From Rebecca billardiae RCC1528 (lineage: Eukaryota > Protista > Haptophyta), in NCBI GenBank assembly GCA_965240325.2, contig OZ251230.1, positions 2,728,001-2,792,000 on the forward strand: DNA of 64,000 nt, in the 5' to 3' direction. The notes beneath the pieces are model-generated. The model worked only from the letters and a program-made list of their open reading frames with translations. It was not told the DNA's origin and did not search any database. The position numbers and the translations under genes were made by a program. Each line of letters begins with the position of its first letter. Position 1 is the stretch's first letter. Positions 34,286 through 46,691 of the stretch are shown here, piece after piece.

Positions 34286-36299
34286 TCAGCTGATGTACTG
34301 CTGGAAGTCGCCGCCCGCGTACGCGCGCACGCGGTTCGGGTGGCCGTGCGTCGGCCCGGTAAAGCCCCTTCGCCAGACCTCTCGGCGCGCGAGCGAGGGG
34401 AGCGCGTCGCCGACGCGCGGGCCGTTCGGGTTGCGCGTGATGTTGAGCCCCTCGTACCACTCCGGCCGCGGGATCATCGGCGCCTTGTACCCCGGCGGCC
34501 ACACAGGCCCCTGCTTGAGCGTCGAGGACGGCCGGTTGTACACGGGCGAGGTCACGAGCACGCGCACCAGCGAGTGCAGCAGCGCGTGCTTGGTCGCCAC
34601 GGCGTCCGACTCGGGGGAGAAGCGGCCGATCCACACGACCGGCGTGAAGTCGTCGTACGAGAGCGACCACGACGTGCAGCTCGAGTACAGCCGGTAGAAG
34701 TGCGTGCCCAGCTCGGAGGTGCCGCCGTGCTCGTCGACGGGCGAGTCGTCGCGCTTCATCTCGCACATCGAGGCGCCCAGCAGCAGCGCGCGCTGCACGA
34801 GGCGCTCGTACCAGAGGCGGCCGTCGCCGAGCATGATCTCGTGGTGCAGCGGGTGCCCGCTCAGCAGGCCGAGCTGCGCGGGCGTCACGCCGACGAAGAC
34901 GGCCACCTGCGCCGAGCGCGGCGGGCGGGGCGGCGCGGGCGGCGCGGGCGCGGCGTCGGCGGGCGGCGCTGGCGCGCGGCGCGGGCCGCGGGCGCGCGCC
35001 GGCGTGCGCGCGGGCGCAGCGCGCGAGCCGCGGTGCGGCGCGGCGCGGCGCGCCGCCCAGCGCCTCCGCGCACCTGCTCCGTCCACTGCAGGTGGTTGTG
35101 CCACCACGCCCACAGCGCGCGCCCGCCGATCGGCGGGAAGGAGCCCGCGCTCCACGCGTAGCTCTTGCGGTCGCCCGGCACGACGAAGGTGTTGGCGTAG
35201 CCCTTCTCCTCGTGCTTGTTGGTGCCCGTGTGCCCGATGCAGAAGAGCGTGAGCGAGTGCGGCGCGCGCCACTCCTCCTGCTCGCGCAGGAAGCGCACGC
35301 CCACCGTGAACCAGTGCTCGAGCGGCGCCGAGCCCGCGGGGCGCACGTCGTTCACCTCCGCCCACGCCGTCATCGGCATCGCCATCTGGTGCGCGTAGCC
35401 CTCGGGGTAGAGGCGGATGTGGCACGCCGCGCCGCCCTCCGCGTCCTTGCACGCGCTGTCCCCGTGCGCGATGATCTCGTGCGCGGTCACGTGCGTCCCG
35501 TTCTGCACCAGGTGGAAGTGGTGCTGGTGCAGCGGCGGGAAGTCGAGCAGCTGCAGCGAGGCCGAGGTCGAGCCGAGGTAGGAGCCGGTGATGCGCGGCA
35601 GCGGGCCGAGGAGCGGGTGCAGCACGCGGAAGGTCTGCGCGCCGGGGCGCGCGCGCGGAGGAGGGCGGGGAGCGCGCGGAGCTCGGCGCGCGACGGGGCC
35701 GCGGGCCTCGGCGGTCGTACGCGCGCGCGCGCGCGCGCCCGCGCCCGCGGCCGCGCGCTCGCCCGCGCGCGCGCACGCACCGCCTCGGTCCACGAGTACC
35801 CGCCCGTCGTCGTGATCGGCCCGACGCGCACGAAGACCCAGTCGCCCTCCGTGCCGGCGGTCGTGCCGTTCGACGGGTCGATCGTCGTGACGCACCACTC
35901 CTTCCAGTGCGGCCCCTTGGAGCGGCGGTAGCTGCCCGGCAGCGTGAGCATCGGCCCGTCCGACACGCGCACGGGCGGCGCGCCGCCGACGTACCGGCGG
36001 AAGTCGCACGACGCCATCGCGCGCTCGATCGCGAGGCGCTGCTTCTTGCGCGTGTTCGGGTGCGGGAACATCGCCTTGCAGAACTCGCGGTACTCCTTGT
36101 CGCGGTGCCGGTCGCACGTCTCGTGCGACTCGACCCACGGCCGCGCGGCGGGCACGGGGCGCTCGGGCGCGACGGGCACGGCGCGCGCGCCGCCGAGCGC
36201 GGCGGCGAGGGCGGAGACGAGCAGCGCCGCGCGCGCCGTGGCGTGCCGCCGCCGCGGCGCGCGGGCGCCCATCGCGCCGGCACGCGCCGCCTCCGCCAT
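34286..36299 (-). CDS. Secreted or signal-anchored protein of unknown function with His-cluster motifs (~566 aa)
   Basis: Exons 36299-35781, 35634-35074 and 34906-34286 joined by two phase-0 GT-AG introns; hydrophobic N-terminal segment; motifs PPLHQHHFHL, AHGDSAC, WWHNH. Confidence 0.75.
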
Positions 36300-36722
36300 C
36301 GGGTGGGCGCAGCAAGGGAGGGCACGGGAGAGATCCTCGGTTTCGCGGCCAGTCGCCGGGGCGGCTGCTGCCCAAAACACGGTCACGCATGCGCGATATG
36401 CCGTTCAATTGCTAATCGATTTTACTCTGCACATCAGGCGCAGCTGCTAAAATTAAGTTCTATGATAGTAATTCCGGTATGCCGGCTGCGCGTCAGCTCG
36501 GAATGCCACGGCTACCTTTAGCAACGACTGACTTAATGACGTCGAATGACTGCAACAAGGGAGTTCGCTTGGTGTCGCGTCGAAGGCAACCGTCGTCGCG
36601 GCGAGCATCAGTTCCCGCGGGAGAGTACTCACCGCGGCGGCGCCTGCTGTCCACGAGACCCCGAGGCGTCACTCACCGGACCGTGGGAGACTGGCAGCCG
36701 CACCACGACTCAGTCAGCCAGC

Positions 36723-38288
<1,566 letters not shown>

Positions 38289-38494
38289 TCATCATTCATC
38301 TGTGAGTCAGTTGTCTTGCCTGGTAGCTACTAGTAAGTATTAGTAGAATGCTGAGAGCTTGATAGTTGATCACGCGGAGTTCGTACGGCTAGTGCTGGCC
38401 CTGGCAGCTGGAGCTGCGGCGCAGCACGACCGGCGCCATCAGCGCCGCGCGCTCGCGGCGGCAGCGCAGCTGCCCGCATGCGACGCAGCCCGGC

Positions 38495-39385
38495 TCAGCC
38501 GCCGCTCGACACGCCGCCCATGTAGTCCGTGTCGCCGCGCACGCGCGCGCGCAGCCGGCGCGCCTCGTGCACGTCCTTTGGCGTGAAGTGCTCGGTGTGC
38601 GTCGTCGTCCACTGGCCCGCGTGCGGGTCCCACGTGTACCCGGCGGCGCGCGCGCGCGCCTCGTCGGTGTCCGAGATCGCGTACGGCCGCGGCCGCGCCT
38701 GGCGCGACGAGTACGCCGCCGGCTGCACGGGCAGCGGCTCGACGCCGCGGTCGGCGTTCTGCCGCTGCGCCGCCGTCACGTAGCGGCCCGCGGCGCCGTC
38801 GGCGCCGTCGCCGCCGCCGCGCCCGCCGTCCTCGAGCGCGTAGGGCAGCGGCCGGCCGTAAAAGTCGGCGCCGCGGTGGCGCTCGACGGGGCCCACGCCG
38901 TCCCACCCGCCGCCGTCGCGGAACTGCCGCTGCGTCGCGCTGAGGTACCGCTCGCTGTCGGCGCCGTCGCGCGCGCCCGCGCCGTCGGCGGCGTCGCGGC
39001 CGTCGTGCCGCGCGTACGGCAGCGGCCGGCCGTGGAAGTCGGCGCCGCGGTGGCGCTCGGGGCGCTGGAGGCCGTCGGCGGCGGTGAAGGCGCGGTGCGT
39101 CGCGCTCACGAAGCGCTCCGGGTCCTCGTCCGCGCCCGCGTCGCGCGCGTACGGCAGCGGCAGGCCGGCGAAGTCGTAGTGCGCGCTGCGCGGCCGCGGC
39201 CGCGCCCAGTGGCGCCGCTCCTCCTTGGGCGTGAAGTCGCGCTTGTACGTCGAGAGGTAGGGCTGCGGCACGAGCGGCGCCTCCTGCACGAGCGTCCGCC
39301 GCGGCGACGTCGCGCGGCTGATCAGCGCGAGCCGCGACGGCGTGCCCGCGGGCGGCTTGGCGCTGGCGGGGCGGGCGGCGGCCAT
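38495..39385 (-). CDS. Repeat protein with Mn-like motifs, candidate microtubule inner protein (SAXO/MAP6-like), 296 aa
   Basis: ATG at 39385. Five spaced motifs YLSTYKRDF, FVSATHRAF, YLSATQRQF, YVTAAQRQN and WTTTHTEHF alternate with DF.G.PLPYA repeats. Confidence 0.6.
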   Translation of the reverse strand: MAAARPASAKPPAGTPSRLALISRATSPRRTLVQEAPLVPQPYLSTYKRDFTPKEERRHWARPRPRSAHYDFAGLPLPYARDAGADEDPERFVSATHRAFTAADGLQRPERHRGADFHGRPLPYARHDGRDAADGAGARDGADSERYLSATQRQFRDGGGWDGVGPVERHRGADFYGRPLPYALEDGGRGGGDGADGAAGRYVTAAQRQNADRGVEPLPVQPAAYSSRQARPRPYAISDTDEARARAAGYTWDPHAGQWTTTHTEHFTPKDVHEARRLRARVRGDTDYMGGVSSGG

Positions 39386-39483
39386 GGGGCCGGCCGTTGA
39401 GAACCCCCGCCGTTTGAAGGCGCAGCCGTCCGGCCGGGTGGTCCGGGACTCACTTTTCTCGCAGGATGGCGAGCGGCTCTTGA

Positions 39484-40407
39484 TCACTCCGCCCGCTTCT
39501 CCACCACCGCCGCGAGCGCGCAGAGGCGGCGCTTGCGGCTGATCGCCTCGAGGTCGACGCCGAGCACGAACTTGGCGAAGCGCACGACCGAGTCCACGGT
39601 GAAGAGCACGTTCGTCAGCAGCATCGCGCCGATCGCGACGCAGCCCGCGCAGAAGAGCGCGGTGTCGCCGCTCGCGCGCAGCATCGCGAGCAGCCGCCAC
39701 GCGAGCGCGCCGAAGCGCGTGCAGCGCGCGTGGACGAACATGAGCATCGCGAGCGTCGCGAGGAGCTGCATCTGCAGCCGCTGCCGCCTGCGCGCCAGGT
39801 CGAGCGAGAGCACGTAGTAGTTGATGCCGAGCGCGGCCGCGCTCGCCGCCTGCAGCAGGAACACGAGCTCGTGGTACGCACCGGACTCGGCGTGGCGCAC
39901 GTTCATCGGCAGCACCATCAGCAGGCCCAGCGCGTGGTGGGTGACGCAGATCGCCATCAGCAGCGGCGGCGTGAGCTGCGCGCCGCGCGGGTGCGCCCGC
40001 CACTCGCGCGCGCGCGTGAGCAGGTCCTGCAGCTCCCAGCCCGCCTCCGACGCGGCGCCGTGGCACGCGAGGCGCGCGGCGAGGCGCGGCGGGAGGCCGA
40101 GCGCGGGGCAGACGGCGGGGAGGCAGAGCAGCCCGCCGCACAGGTGCTGCGCGATGCACGCCATCCCGCGGCACGTCGCCTCGAGCACGCAGTCGCCGTG
40201 GTCGACGCCCGCGCGCGCGCACGCGCGGCCGATGCGCTGCACGTACGCGGCGCGCTGCGGCCACGCGGCGAGGCGCGCGTGGACGCGCGCCTCGATCCGC
40301 GGCAGGACCGCCGCCCAGAGCAGCGCGAAGCCCAGCACGAGCGTGAGCTGCGCCCGCCACGTGGGCGCGCACCGCAGCAGCTCGTCGAGCGAGGGCAGCA
40401 CCGCCAT
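39484..40407 (-). CDS. Multi-pass membrane protein, TLC (TRAM/LAG1/CLN8)-like (307 aa)
   Basis: Six to seven hydrophobic segments; GWELQD motif followed by a paired His (VTHHALGLLMVLPMN) as in TLC-domain proteins. Confidence 0.6.
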   Translation of the reverse strand: MAVLPSLDELLRCAPTWRAQLTLVLGFALLWAAVLPRIEARVHARLAAWPQRAAYVQRIGRACARAGVDHGDCVLEATCRGMACIAQHLCGGLLCLPAVCPALGLPPRLAARLACHGAASEAGWELQDLLTRAREWRAHPRGAQLTPPLLMAICVTHHALGLLMVLPMNVRHAESGAYHELVFLLQAASAAALGINYYVLSLDLARRRQRLQMQLLATLAMLMFVHARCTRFGALAWRLLAMLRASGDTALFCAGCVAIGAMLLTNVLFTVDSVVRFAKFVLGVDLEAISRKRRLCALAAVVEKRAE

Positions 40408-40539
40408 CGTGCGGCGGCTCGACCTGAATTCATTACATCAGCTGTCTGCTGTCGACGAAAAAGAATTGCATCACGTCCCCCGAGCACTGCCAGCATGGCT
40501 GCCGCATGGCTGCGGGCGCAGACTATGGAGGGTGAGTGC

Positions 40540-43389
40540 CTAGGCGAACACGTGCGCCGCGGCGAACGCGCGCAGCGCCTCCTCGCACGTCTGCTCCAGC
40601 TCGGCCGCCGGCCGCTCGGCGCACGCCGCCGGCCGGTGCATCCGCACCGTGTCGTTGCACTGGCCGGCGCACGCGAGCGAGCCGCGGTGCGGGCCGAGCG
40701 CGCCGAGGACGGCGGCCTCGCGCTCGGCGGCGGAGAGGCCGCGCAGCCGCGGCAGCGCGCCGCCGGGCGGCACGCGCAGCTCGACGACCGACGCCGCGCC
40801 GCCGTCCTCGCGCCGCGCGCGCAGCGCGCGCACGAGCGCGCGGCCGTCGGCGTGCGCGCCGGCGCGCAGCTCGACCACGCGCCGCGCCGCGCGCGCGCCG
40901 GCGCACTCGCGCAGCACGAGCACGGGGTGGACGAGGCGCACGCAGTGGAACGACGCGTGCGCGCGCGGCACGCACATGCCCGTGCGCGGCTCGCGGTTCA
41001 GCCCCCACACGAGTGCGCAGCACGCGGCCGAGCGGTTGGTGCCGCCGCCGCCGCGGTCGTCGTCGTCGTCGTCGCCATCGTCGCAGCCGCGGCCGGCGGC
41101 GCCGGCGGCGCCGGCGGCGCCCGGCGCGTGCGCGACGGGCACCGGCGCCACGCGCACGTGGACGAAGCGCGCGCCCAGCCCCGCCGCCGCGCCCGCGCCC
41201 GCGCCGCCCGCCGCCGCCTCCTCCGCCTCGGGACGCACGCGCGCTAGCCGCTGGTCGATGCCGCGCCGCGCGCGCGACCGGCCGTCAAGCGCCCAGCCGC
41301 CGAGCGCGGCGCACGGCGGCAGCAGGTCGACGGGCTGCGCGCCCGCCGCGGCGGCGACGAGCGCGAGCCACAGCCGCGCGTGGTTCGCCCGCGCGACGAA
41401 CGCGCCCACCGCCGCCGCGCCGAGCAGCTCGGCCACGCGGCCGCGCGCGCCGCCGAGCGCGAGCAGCGCCGCGCCGCGCTCGCACGGGCCCGCGCCCGCG
41501 TGCGCGCCGGCGGGCGCGCTGAGCTCGGCCTCGGCCTGGTTGAAGGAGGTGGCGGCGGCGGCGGCGGCGAGCGCGGCGAGCGGCGGCGCCGCGCCGCCGC
41601 CCGCCTCGCCGCCGCCCTCCGCGCGTGCCGCCGCGGCCGCGCGCACCGCGGCCGCGCTCGCGCCGAGCGCGCCGCCGTCCATCAGCCCGAGCGCCTGCAT
41701 GGCGCCGAGCTTGTGCGGCGCGCCGACGAGGTGGAGCAGCGCGGGGCCGAGGGCGGGCGTGGCCAGCGCGCGCTGCACCAGCCCGGACGAGCCCACCACG
41801 CCGCCGCCCACCACCGCCTGCCCAAAGTTGAGCAGCACGGCGGCGGGCGCGAGGGCGAGCGACTCGGAGGCGCCGGCGCCGCGCGCGCCCGCGGGGTGCG
41901 GCGGGCGCGGGCCCCACGCGTGCGCGCCCGCGCCGTCGTGCGCGCCGAGCCAGCTGCCGTTCGCGCCGCGCGCGCGCGGCGGCGGCGGCGCGCACGCGCG
42001 CGCGCCGCCGCGCTCGCAGCCGGCCGTGCCGAGCGCGCGCAGCCGGCGCGCGGCCGCCTCCGCCCAGCCGGCCGCGCCGCCGTCCGCGCGGCGCGCGGCT
42101 CGCAGCGGCGCGGCCTGCGCGTCGGGCAGCGCGCGCAGCGCGGCGAGGCGCTGCGCGTGCGACGCGCGCGGCTCGTGCCAGTGCCCGATGGCGTGCGCCC
42201 ACACGCGCTCGCCCTCGCCCACGCCGCCCTCCGCCGCCGCCGCCCCGTCGGCCTCCGCCGCCGCCGCCGCCGCCGCGGCGCCGCCGAGCTGCTGCGGCGC
42301 CATCGCGTCGCACGAGCGCGCGAAGAGCGCGCGGTGGGCGCGGTGCTGCCCGCCGCGCTCGGCCCAGTGCTTCTCCGCCGGGTGCACCTGCGCGTACACC
42401 GCCGACGCGCAGCACGCCGACGCCGCCACGTCCGCGAGCAGCGAGTTGGAGCGTGGCGGCCGCGCGCGCCAGTGCGGGCCGCGCGTGTGCCCCAGCGCGT
42501 CAAAGCGCGCCCACCAGCGCTGCACGAGGGCGTCGTCGGCGGTGGCGAAGCGCTCGAGCCGCGCGAGCGCGCGCGCGAACAGCGCCTCCGCTGGCCCGTC
42601 CGGCGCGCAGCGGTGGCAGTGCACCAGCCCGAGCAGCACGTCCGCGCACGCGCGCCGCTTGGCCGGGTGCACGGAGACGTGAGGCGCAAACAGCAGCGCG
42701 TGCGGCAGCAGCGGCGGCGCGCGCAGCGCGGGGTACGGCGAGCGGAGCACGGCGACGTCCGCGTCGAGGAAGAGCGGGCTCACGCGCAGCCCGACCAGCC
42801 GGCGCACGTAGTGCAGCTTCGACCACTCGAGCCGGTACGCGGGCGTGCGCGCGGCGCCGAGCGCGTAGAACGACGTGTGCGCGCACGACACGCGCCACGG
42901 CGGCGCGGCGAGGAGCGCGCAGTGCGCGGGCGAGAGCACGACGACGAGCGAGTGGTCGACGCCGACGCGCTGCAGCCCGCGCACCAGGTTCACCGCGTAC
43001 GCCGACGCCACCTCCGTCGCGATCGTGAAGACGAGCTCGCCGTGGCGCGAGCGCGCGGCGAGCGCCGCCTCGAGCGCGCACGGCGCCTCGAGGTCGGCGC
43101 CGCGGTACACGGGGAGCAGCGAGGTGTTGGGCACGGGCGAGCCGCGCGGCACGTCCGTGTTCCGCACCCACGACAGCCCCGCGCACGCCGCGCCGCCGGG
43201 GCCGGCGCCGCCGCCGCCGCCGCCGCCGCCCGCGGGCAGCACGCGCTCGGGCGCGCGCAGCGGCGCGCGGACGAGCCAGCCGAGCGCGAGCGCGAGCGCG
43301 AGGCACGCGGCCGCCGCCACGCGCCGCGGCAGCCCGCCGCGCGCCCGACGCGCGCCGCCCGCCGCCGCGCCGCCGTCAGCTCTCGTCAT
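40540..43389 (-). CDS. Type II membrane nucleotide-diphospho-sugar transferase, GT77-like (~949 aa)
   Basis: Short basic N-terminus and one TM helix, then ELVFTIAT...AVNLVRGL...WSKLHYVRRLVGLRVSPLFLDADVAVLRSPY with a DxD motif. Confidence 0.75.
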   Translation of the reverse strand: MTRADGGAAAGGARRARGGLPRRVAAAACLALALALGWLVRAPLRAPERVLPAGGGGGGGGAGPGGAACAGLSWVRNTDVPRGSPVPNTSLLPVYRGADLEAPCALEAALAARSRHGELVFTIATEVASAYAVNLVRGLQRVGVDHSLVVVLSPAHCALLAAPPWRVSCAHTSFYALGAARTPAYRLEWSKLHYVRRLVGLRVSPLFLDADVAVLRSPYPALRAPPLLPHALLFAPHVSVHPAKRRACADVLLGLVHCHRCAPDGPAEALFARALARLERFATADDALVQRWWARFDALGHTRGPHWRARPPRSNSLLADVAASACCASAVYAQVHPAEKHWAERGGQHRAHRALFARSCDAMAPQQLGGAAAAAAAAEADGAAAAEGGVGEGERVWAHAIGHWHEPRASHAQRLAALRALPDAQAAPLRAARRADGGAAGWAEAAARRLRALGTAGCERGGARACAPPPPRARGANGSWLGAHDGAGAHAWGPRPPHPAGARGAGASESLALAPAAVLLNFGQAVVGGGVVGSSGLVQRALATPALGPALLHLVGAPHKLGAMQALGLMDGGALGASAAAVRAAAAARAEGGGEAGGGAAPPLAALAAAAAATSFNQAEAELSAPAGAHAGAGPCERGAALLALGGARGRVAELLGAAAVGAFVARANHARLWLALVAAAAGAQPVDLLPPCAALGGWALDGRSRARRGIDQRLARVRPEAEEAAAGGAGAGAAAGLGARFVHVRVAPVPVAHAPGAAGAAGAAGRGCDDGDDDDDDRGGGGTNRSAACCALVWGLNREPRTGMCVPRAHASFHCVRLVHPVLVLRECAGARAARRVVELRAGAHADGRALVRALRARREDGGAASVVELRVPPGGALPRLRGLSAAEREAAVLGALGPHRGSLACAGQCNDTVRMHRPAACAERPAAELEQTCEEALRAFAAAHVFA

Positions 43390-44127
43390 CGCGGCGCGGC
43401 CGCCATGGCGCCGCGCGGATGGAAGTCTGAAGTCTCGCGGACACATGGACGCCTGGGGAAAAGAAATGCAGAAGGACGAAATAAAGAAAAAGAGAGTCCG
43501 CCGCCGAGATGAGCGCGAAAGCGGCGTGCGCGAGCAACGCCTACGACTACGTACGAGGAGACGCGCGAGCACACGGCGGCCGTGTTGCGCCAACACGGCA
43601 CATCAGCGCACTGTCAAGTAGTGATGGCATATCATCAGGCGGCATCAGCACTCATCAGCTATGGCCGCGCCTCGGCCGATCAGCATCACGCACTGCCGCT
43701 CAGCCGCAGGGCGGCAGTCTGACGACATCTGCTGATGACATCTCGGCGCCCGGCCTCGCCGTCGGGCCTGCCATACTGTGCCTGTGGGCCTAGCGGCTAG
43801 CCGTCGATATCTGCCACTCTGTGCCACTGTGATGGGCTCTGCTGTGGCTGTGCCTAGTCGGAGTGGCGGCGACCGTGTCGTATGAACTGATAACGACGCG
43901 ACGACTCAGGCTGTGCTGAGCAGTCGTCATCACTACTAGCGTGATCAATGCGGTGCTCGTAACCGTGCCCGCTCGGATACGTAACATGCAGGCATCAAAA
44001 CAGCAGCATGAGCATGAATAATAACGGCATCATCGCGTCATCATATCGTCGCGATATCGCATCATGCATCGCATATTATGTAGTATCGCGTCGTATGACG
44101 TATCATCATCAGGCGCGTCTCTACTCA

Positions 44128-44253
44128 GTCTCGTCTCGTCTCTCTCTCACTCGATCTCTCCGTCTCTCTCGATCTAGCTACGGCGGTAGTCTCTCGTCTC
44201 GTCGTCTCGAGTCTCGTCTGCTTATTATAATAATATACTTATATATATATAAG

Positions 44254-44285
<32 letters not shown>

Positions 44286-44330
44286 CGTCGTCTCTCCCGT
44301 CTCTCTCTCTCTCTCTCTCGTCTCTCTCTC
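44128..44330. repeat. Compound (TC)n/(TA)n microsatellite
   Basis: TCTC/TCGTC runs flank a TA-rich run at about 44222-44285. Confidence 0.9.
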
Positions 44331-44334
44331 TACA

Positions 44335-45282
44335 GGCTCCAGCCACAGTCAGGGACGTCCACTGACCCTATGGGGGGGGTGCATTTAGACGAACCCCTGG
44401 GAGCCAGGGAGCGATGAGGGTACCAATCGAAAGGTCTCCGGGGCGGCGGACGAAGCCGCAGGTTCAAAACCGAAGCCGCAGACGATTTCGTATGTTTCCT
44501 TGTCCTTGAACGCGTCGTCACAGTCGAACACGGAGGACTCCATCGTGCTGAACTTTTTTTTGGGCTCCCGGACCGGTCTCTCGCACGATGGAGCGCCGCC
44601 GAGCGGGCGAGGAGACGAGACGTCTTGGAGGCCTTGATCCGGGCGCATCCGCTGGTTGGCCGCGGCACCCTGTCGCGCTCGCGCCCCGGGTGCACGTTCG
44701 TGCACTGAGAGTCACCGATGGGCGAGAAGCTGCTCGTCGACTCGAGCAAGCTGCGCGCTTTCCGCGTCGAGCTGCTCGCGCCGGCGGCCACATCTCGCGG
44801 CGGTGCGGGCGTGCGCATGAGCTTGTCGGCTTCTAGCTGCTCGCGCCCCGGGCCGCGCCGTCAGCTCGTGGTGCCACGGGTATGCGCACGAGCTCGTGCT
44901 TGGCTGCAGCTCCTCAGAGGACTGCCACAGCTGGCTGGCTCAGAGCTTGTTCGCGAGTGCTAAGGTGCGGCGTGGCCTGCGCGGTGCGCCGCAGCGGTCA
45001 ATGCGTTGCTCGATCCTGCACTACGCTACGTCTTGACTCGCGAGGGAGGCGCCGATATTGGGGCTGTGTGCAATGCGTCATGGCCGCCCGGCGCAGAGCC
45101 GACGCCGCACGACGCAGCCCTCAGCCAACACCAGCGAACACGGTCTGCTATGCGAATTCTGGCGAGTTGGGGCCTTATTGAGGCGTATTTGGTCCTTCGA
45201 TCGGCTGGGGGGAGCCCCCCCCAGACCCCCCCAGAGAGTCTGAATGCACCCCTGCTGGACGTCCCGGACAGTGACCGGAGCC
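44335..45282. mobile_element. Non-autonomous DNA transposon (MITE-like), 948 bp, imperfect ~50-bp TIRs, 4-bp TSD TACA
   Basis: Left end GGCTCCAGCCACAGTCAGGGACGTCCA...GGGGTGCATTTAGAC (44335-44390) matches the reverse complement of the right end (45238-45282), GGCTCCGGTCACTGTCCGGGACGTCCAGCAGGGGTGCATTCAGAC. TACA lies at 44331-44334 and 45283-45286. No transposase is evident. Confidence 0.8.
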
Positions 45283-45474
45283 TACATGAGTGCGGAGCAG
45301 TCGCACGCGACGTGGCGTGGTGCAGCTGGCGATGACGACGACGGTCGCGTCATACTACTACTCATAGCCGGATCATGATGCCTCAGCCAGTTACGAGTCG
45401 TCGCGCAGTTCGTCCGGCCGCGTACAGTAGAGAACGCCCCCCGGGCCGGCGTCCGTCGCACGCGGCCCGCCCTG

Positions 45475-46584
45475 TCACGTCGGCGGCGTGACCGTCGAGA
45501 TGGAGTCGCGCCTCGGGTCCGAGCCCGTCGCGCTGCCGCTCGGCTCGCAGCCCGCCGGCGAGGGCGGCGACGCGCCGCGACTCGGCTGCGGCGGCGCCGC
45601 GCCGCCGGCCGCGGCGCTCGGGCCCGCCGCCTTGTGCCGCTTGGCGGGCGGCGGCATCGGCCGCGGCGGCGGGGCGGGCGGCGCGGGCTCCGGCGGTGCG
45701 CGCGAGCTACCCGCCGCCGCGCCGCCGCCGCCACGCGCACCGCCGCCGCCGCCCGCCGCCGCTCGCGCCGCCGCTGCGCCGCCGCCGCTGTCGAGCGCGG
45801 CCGGGCCGGCGCGCGCGCGCGGTGCGGCAAGCTGCACGGCGCCCGCGCGCGCGTCGCGCTCGCGCTCGGCGCGCGCGGCGTCGAGCGCGGCCCTCACCTC
45901 GTCGAGCGCGTCGGGCACGAGCAGCTCCGCCCACGCCCGGCCGCGCGTGCGCGCCGGCTCGAGCCGGCGCGGCGGGCGCTCGAGCGCGCGCGCGCCGAGC
46001 AGCGCGGCCGCCATCGCCGCGCGCGCCTCGGACGCGCCCGGCGGCGCGTCTCGCATCACCTGCTCGACGGCGTCGGCCGTGTGCAGCGCGGCGGCGGTGG
46101 CGTCGCGCACGCGCAGCGCGAGCACGCGCTGCAGCACCGCCGCGCGCCGCGAGCGCAGCGCCGTCGCGGCGGCCTCGCCCGCGCCGCTCGCCATCCGCTC
46201 GAACGCGCCGGCAAACGCCTCGTTGCTCGCCGCAAAGTTGTCGAGCTGGGGCGGCGCGGAGCGCAGGCCGGCGGCGAGCGCGGCGATGCGCTCGCGCGGC
46301 GCCTCGAGCCGCAGCACGCCCTCGTGCACCGCGTGGCGCAGCACCGCGACCGCGGCGGTCGCGGTCGGGCAGCGCGCCTCGAGCGCCGCGCGCTCGGCGG
46401 CCGCGACCGCGGCGAGCTCGGCGACGGCGGCGTCGTGCGCGGCGCTGTGCGCCTTGAGCTGCATGCCCTCGAGCATCACGTCCAGCAGGAACGTCGCCTC
46501 CGCGTCCGACGCGGCCAGCCGCGCGATCAGCTCGACGGGCGGCGAGAGCTCGAGCGCGTCGTCGGGCGGCTCGTCCTCGGCCAT
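45475..46584 (-). CDS. Hypothetical helical protein (~369 aa) with putative NLS (PPAKRHK)
   Basis: ATG at 46584; protein-like translation with GC3 bias; no family recognised. Confidence 0.6.
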   Translation of the reverse strand: MAEDEPPDDALELSPPVELIARLAASDAEATFLLDVMLEGMQLKAHSAAHDAAVAELAAVAAAERAALEARCPTATAAVAVLRHAVHEGVLRLEAPRERIAALAAGLRSAPPQLDNFAASNEAFAGAFERMASGAGEAAATALRSRRAAVLQRVLALRVRDATAAALHTADAVEQVMRDAPPGASEARAAMAAALLGARALERPPRRLEPARTRGRAWAELLVPDALDEVRAALDAARAERERDARAGAVQLAAPRARAGPAALDSGGGAAAARAAAGGGGGARGGGGAAAGSSRAPPEPAPPAPPPRPMPPPAKRHKAAGPSAAAGGAAPPQPSRGASPPSPAGCEPSGSATGSDPRRDSISTVTPPT

Positions 46585-46691
46585 CGCTGCCAGGAGCTTG
46601 AAAGTTGGCTGCGCGCGGCAAGGTCGTTGGGCAGCCGCGCTTGGCCCCTGGATTCGGCGATTCGCCGCCGACTCCTGGTCCGGCATTGGCG

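Noticed and set aside
44330-44818. Short ORFs inside the TIR element as a possible transposase
   Set aside because: No DDE/D or DNA-binding motif recognised, and too short.
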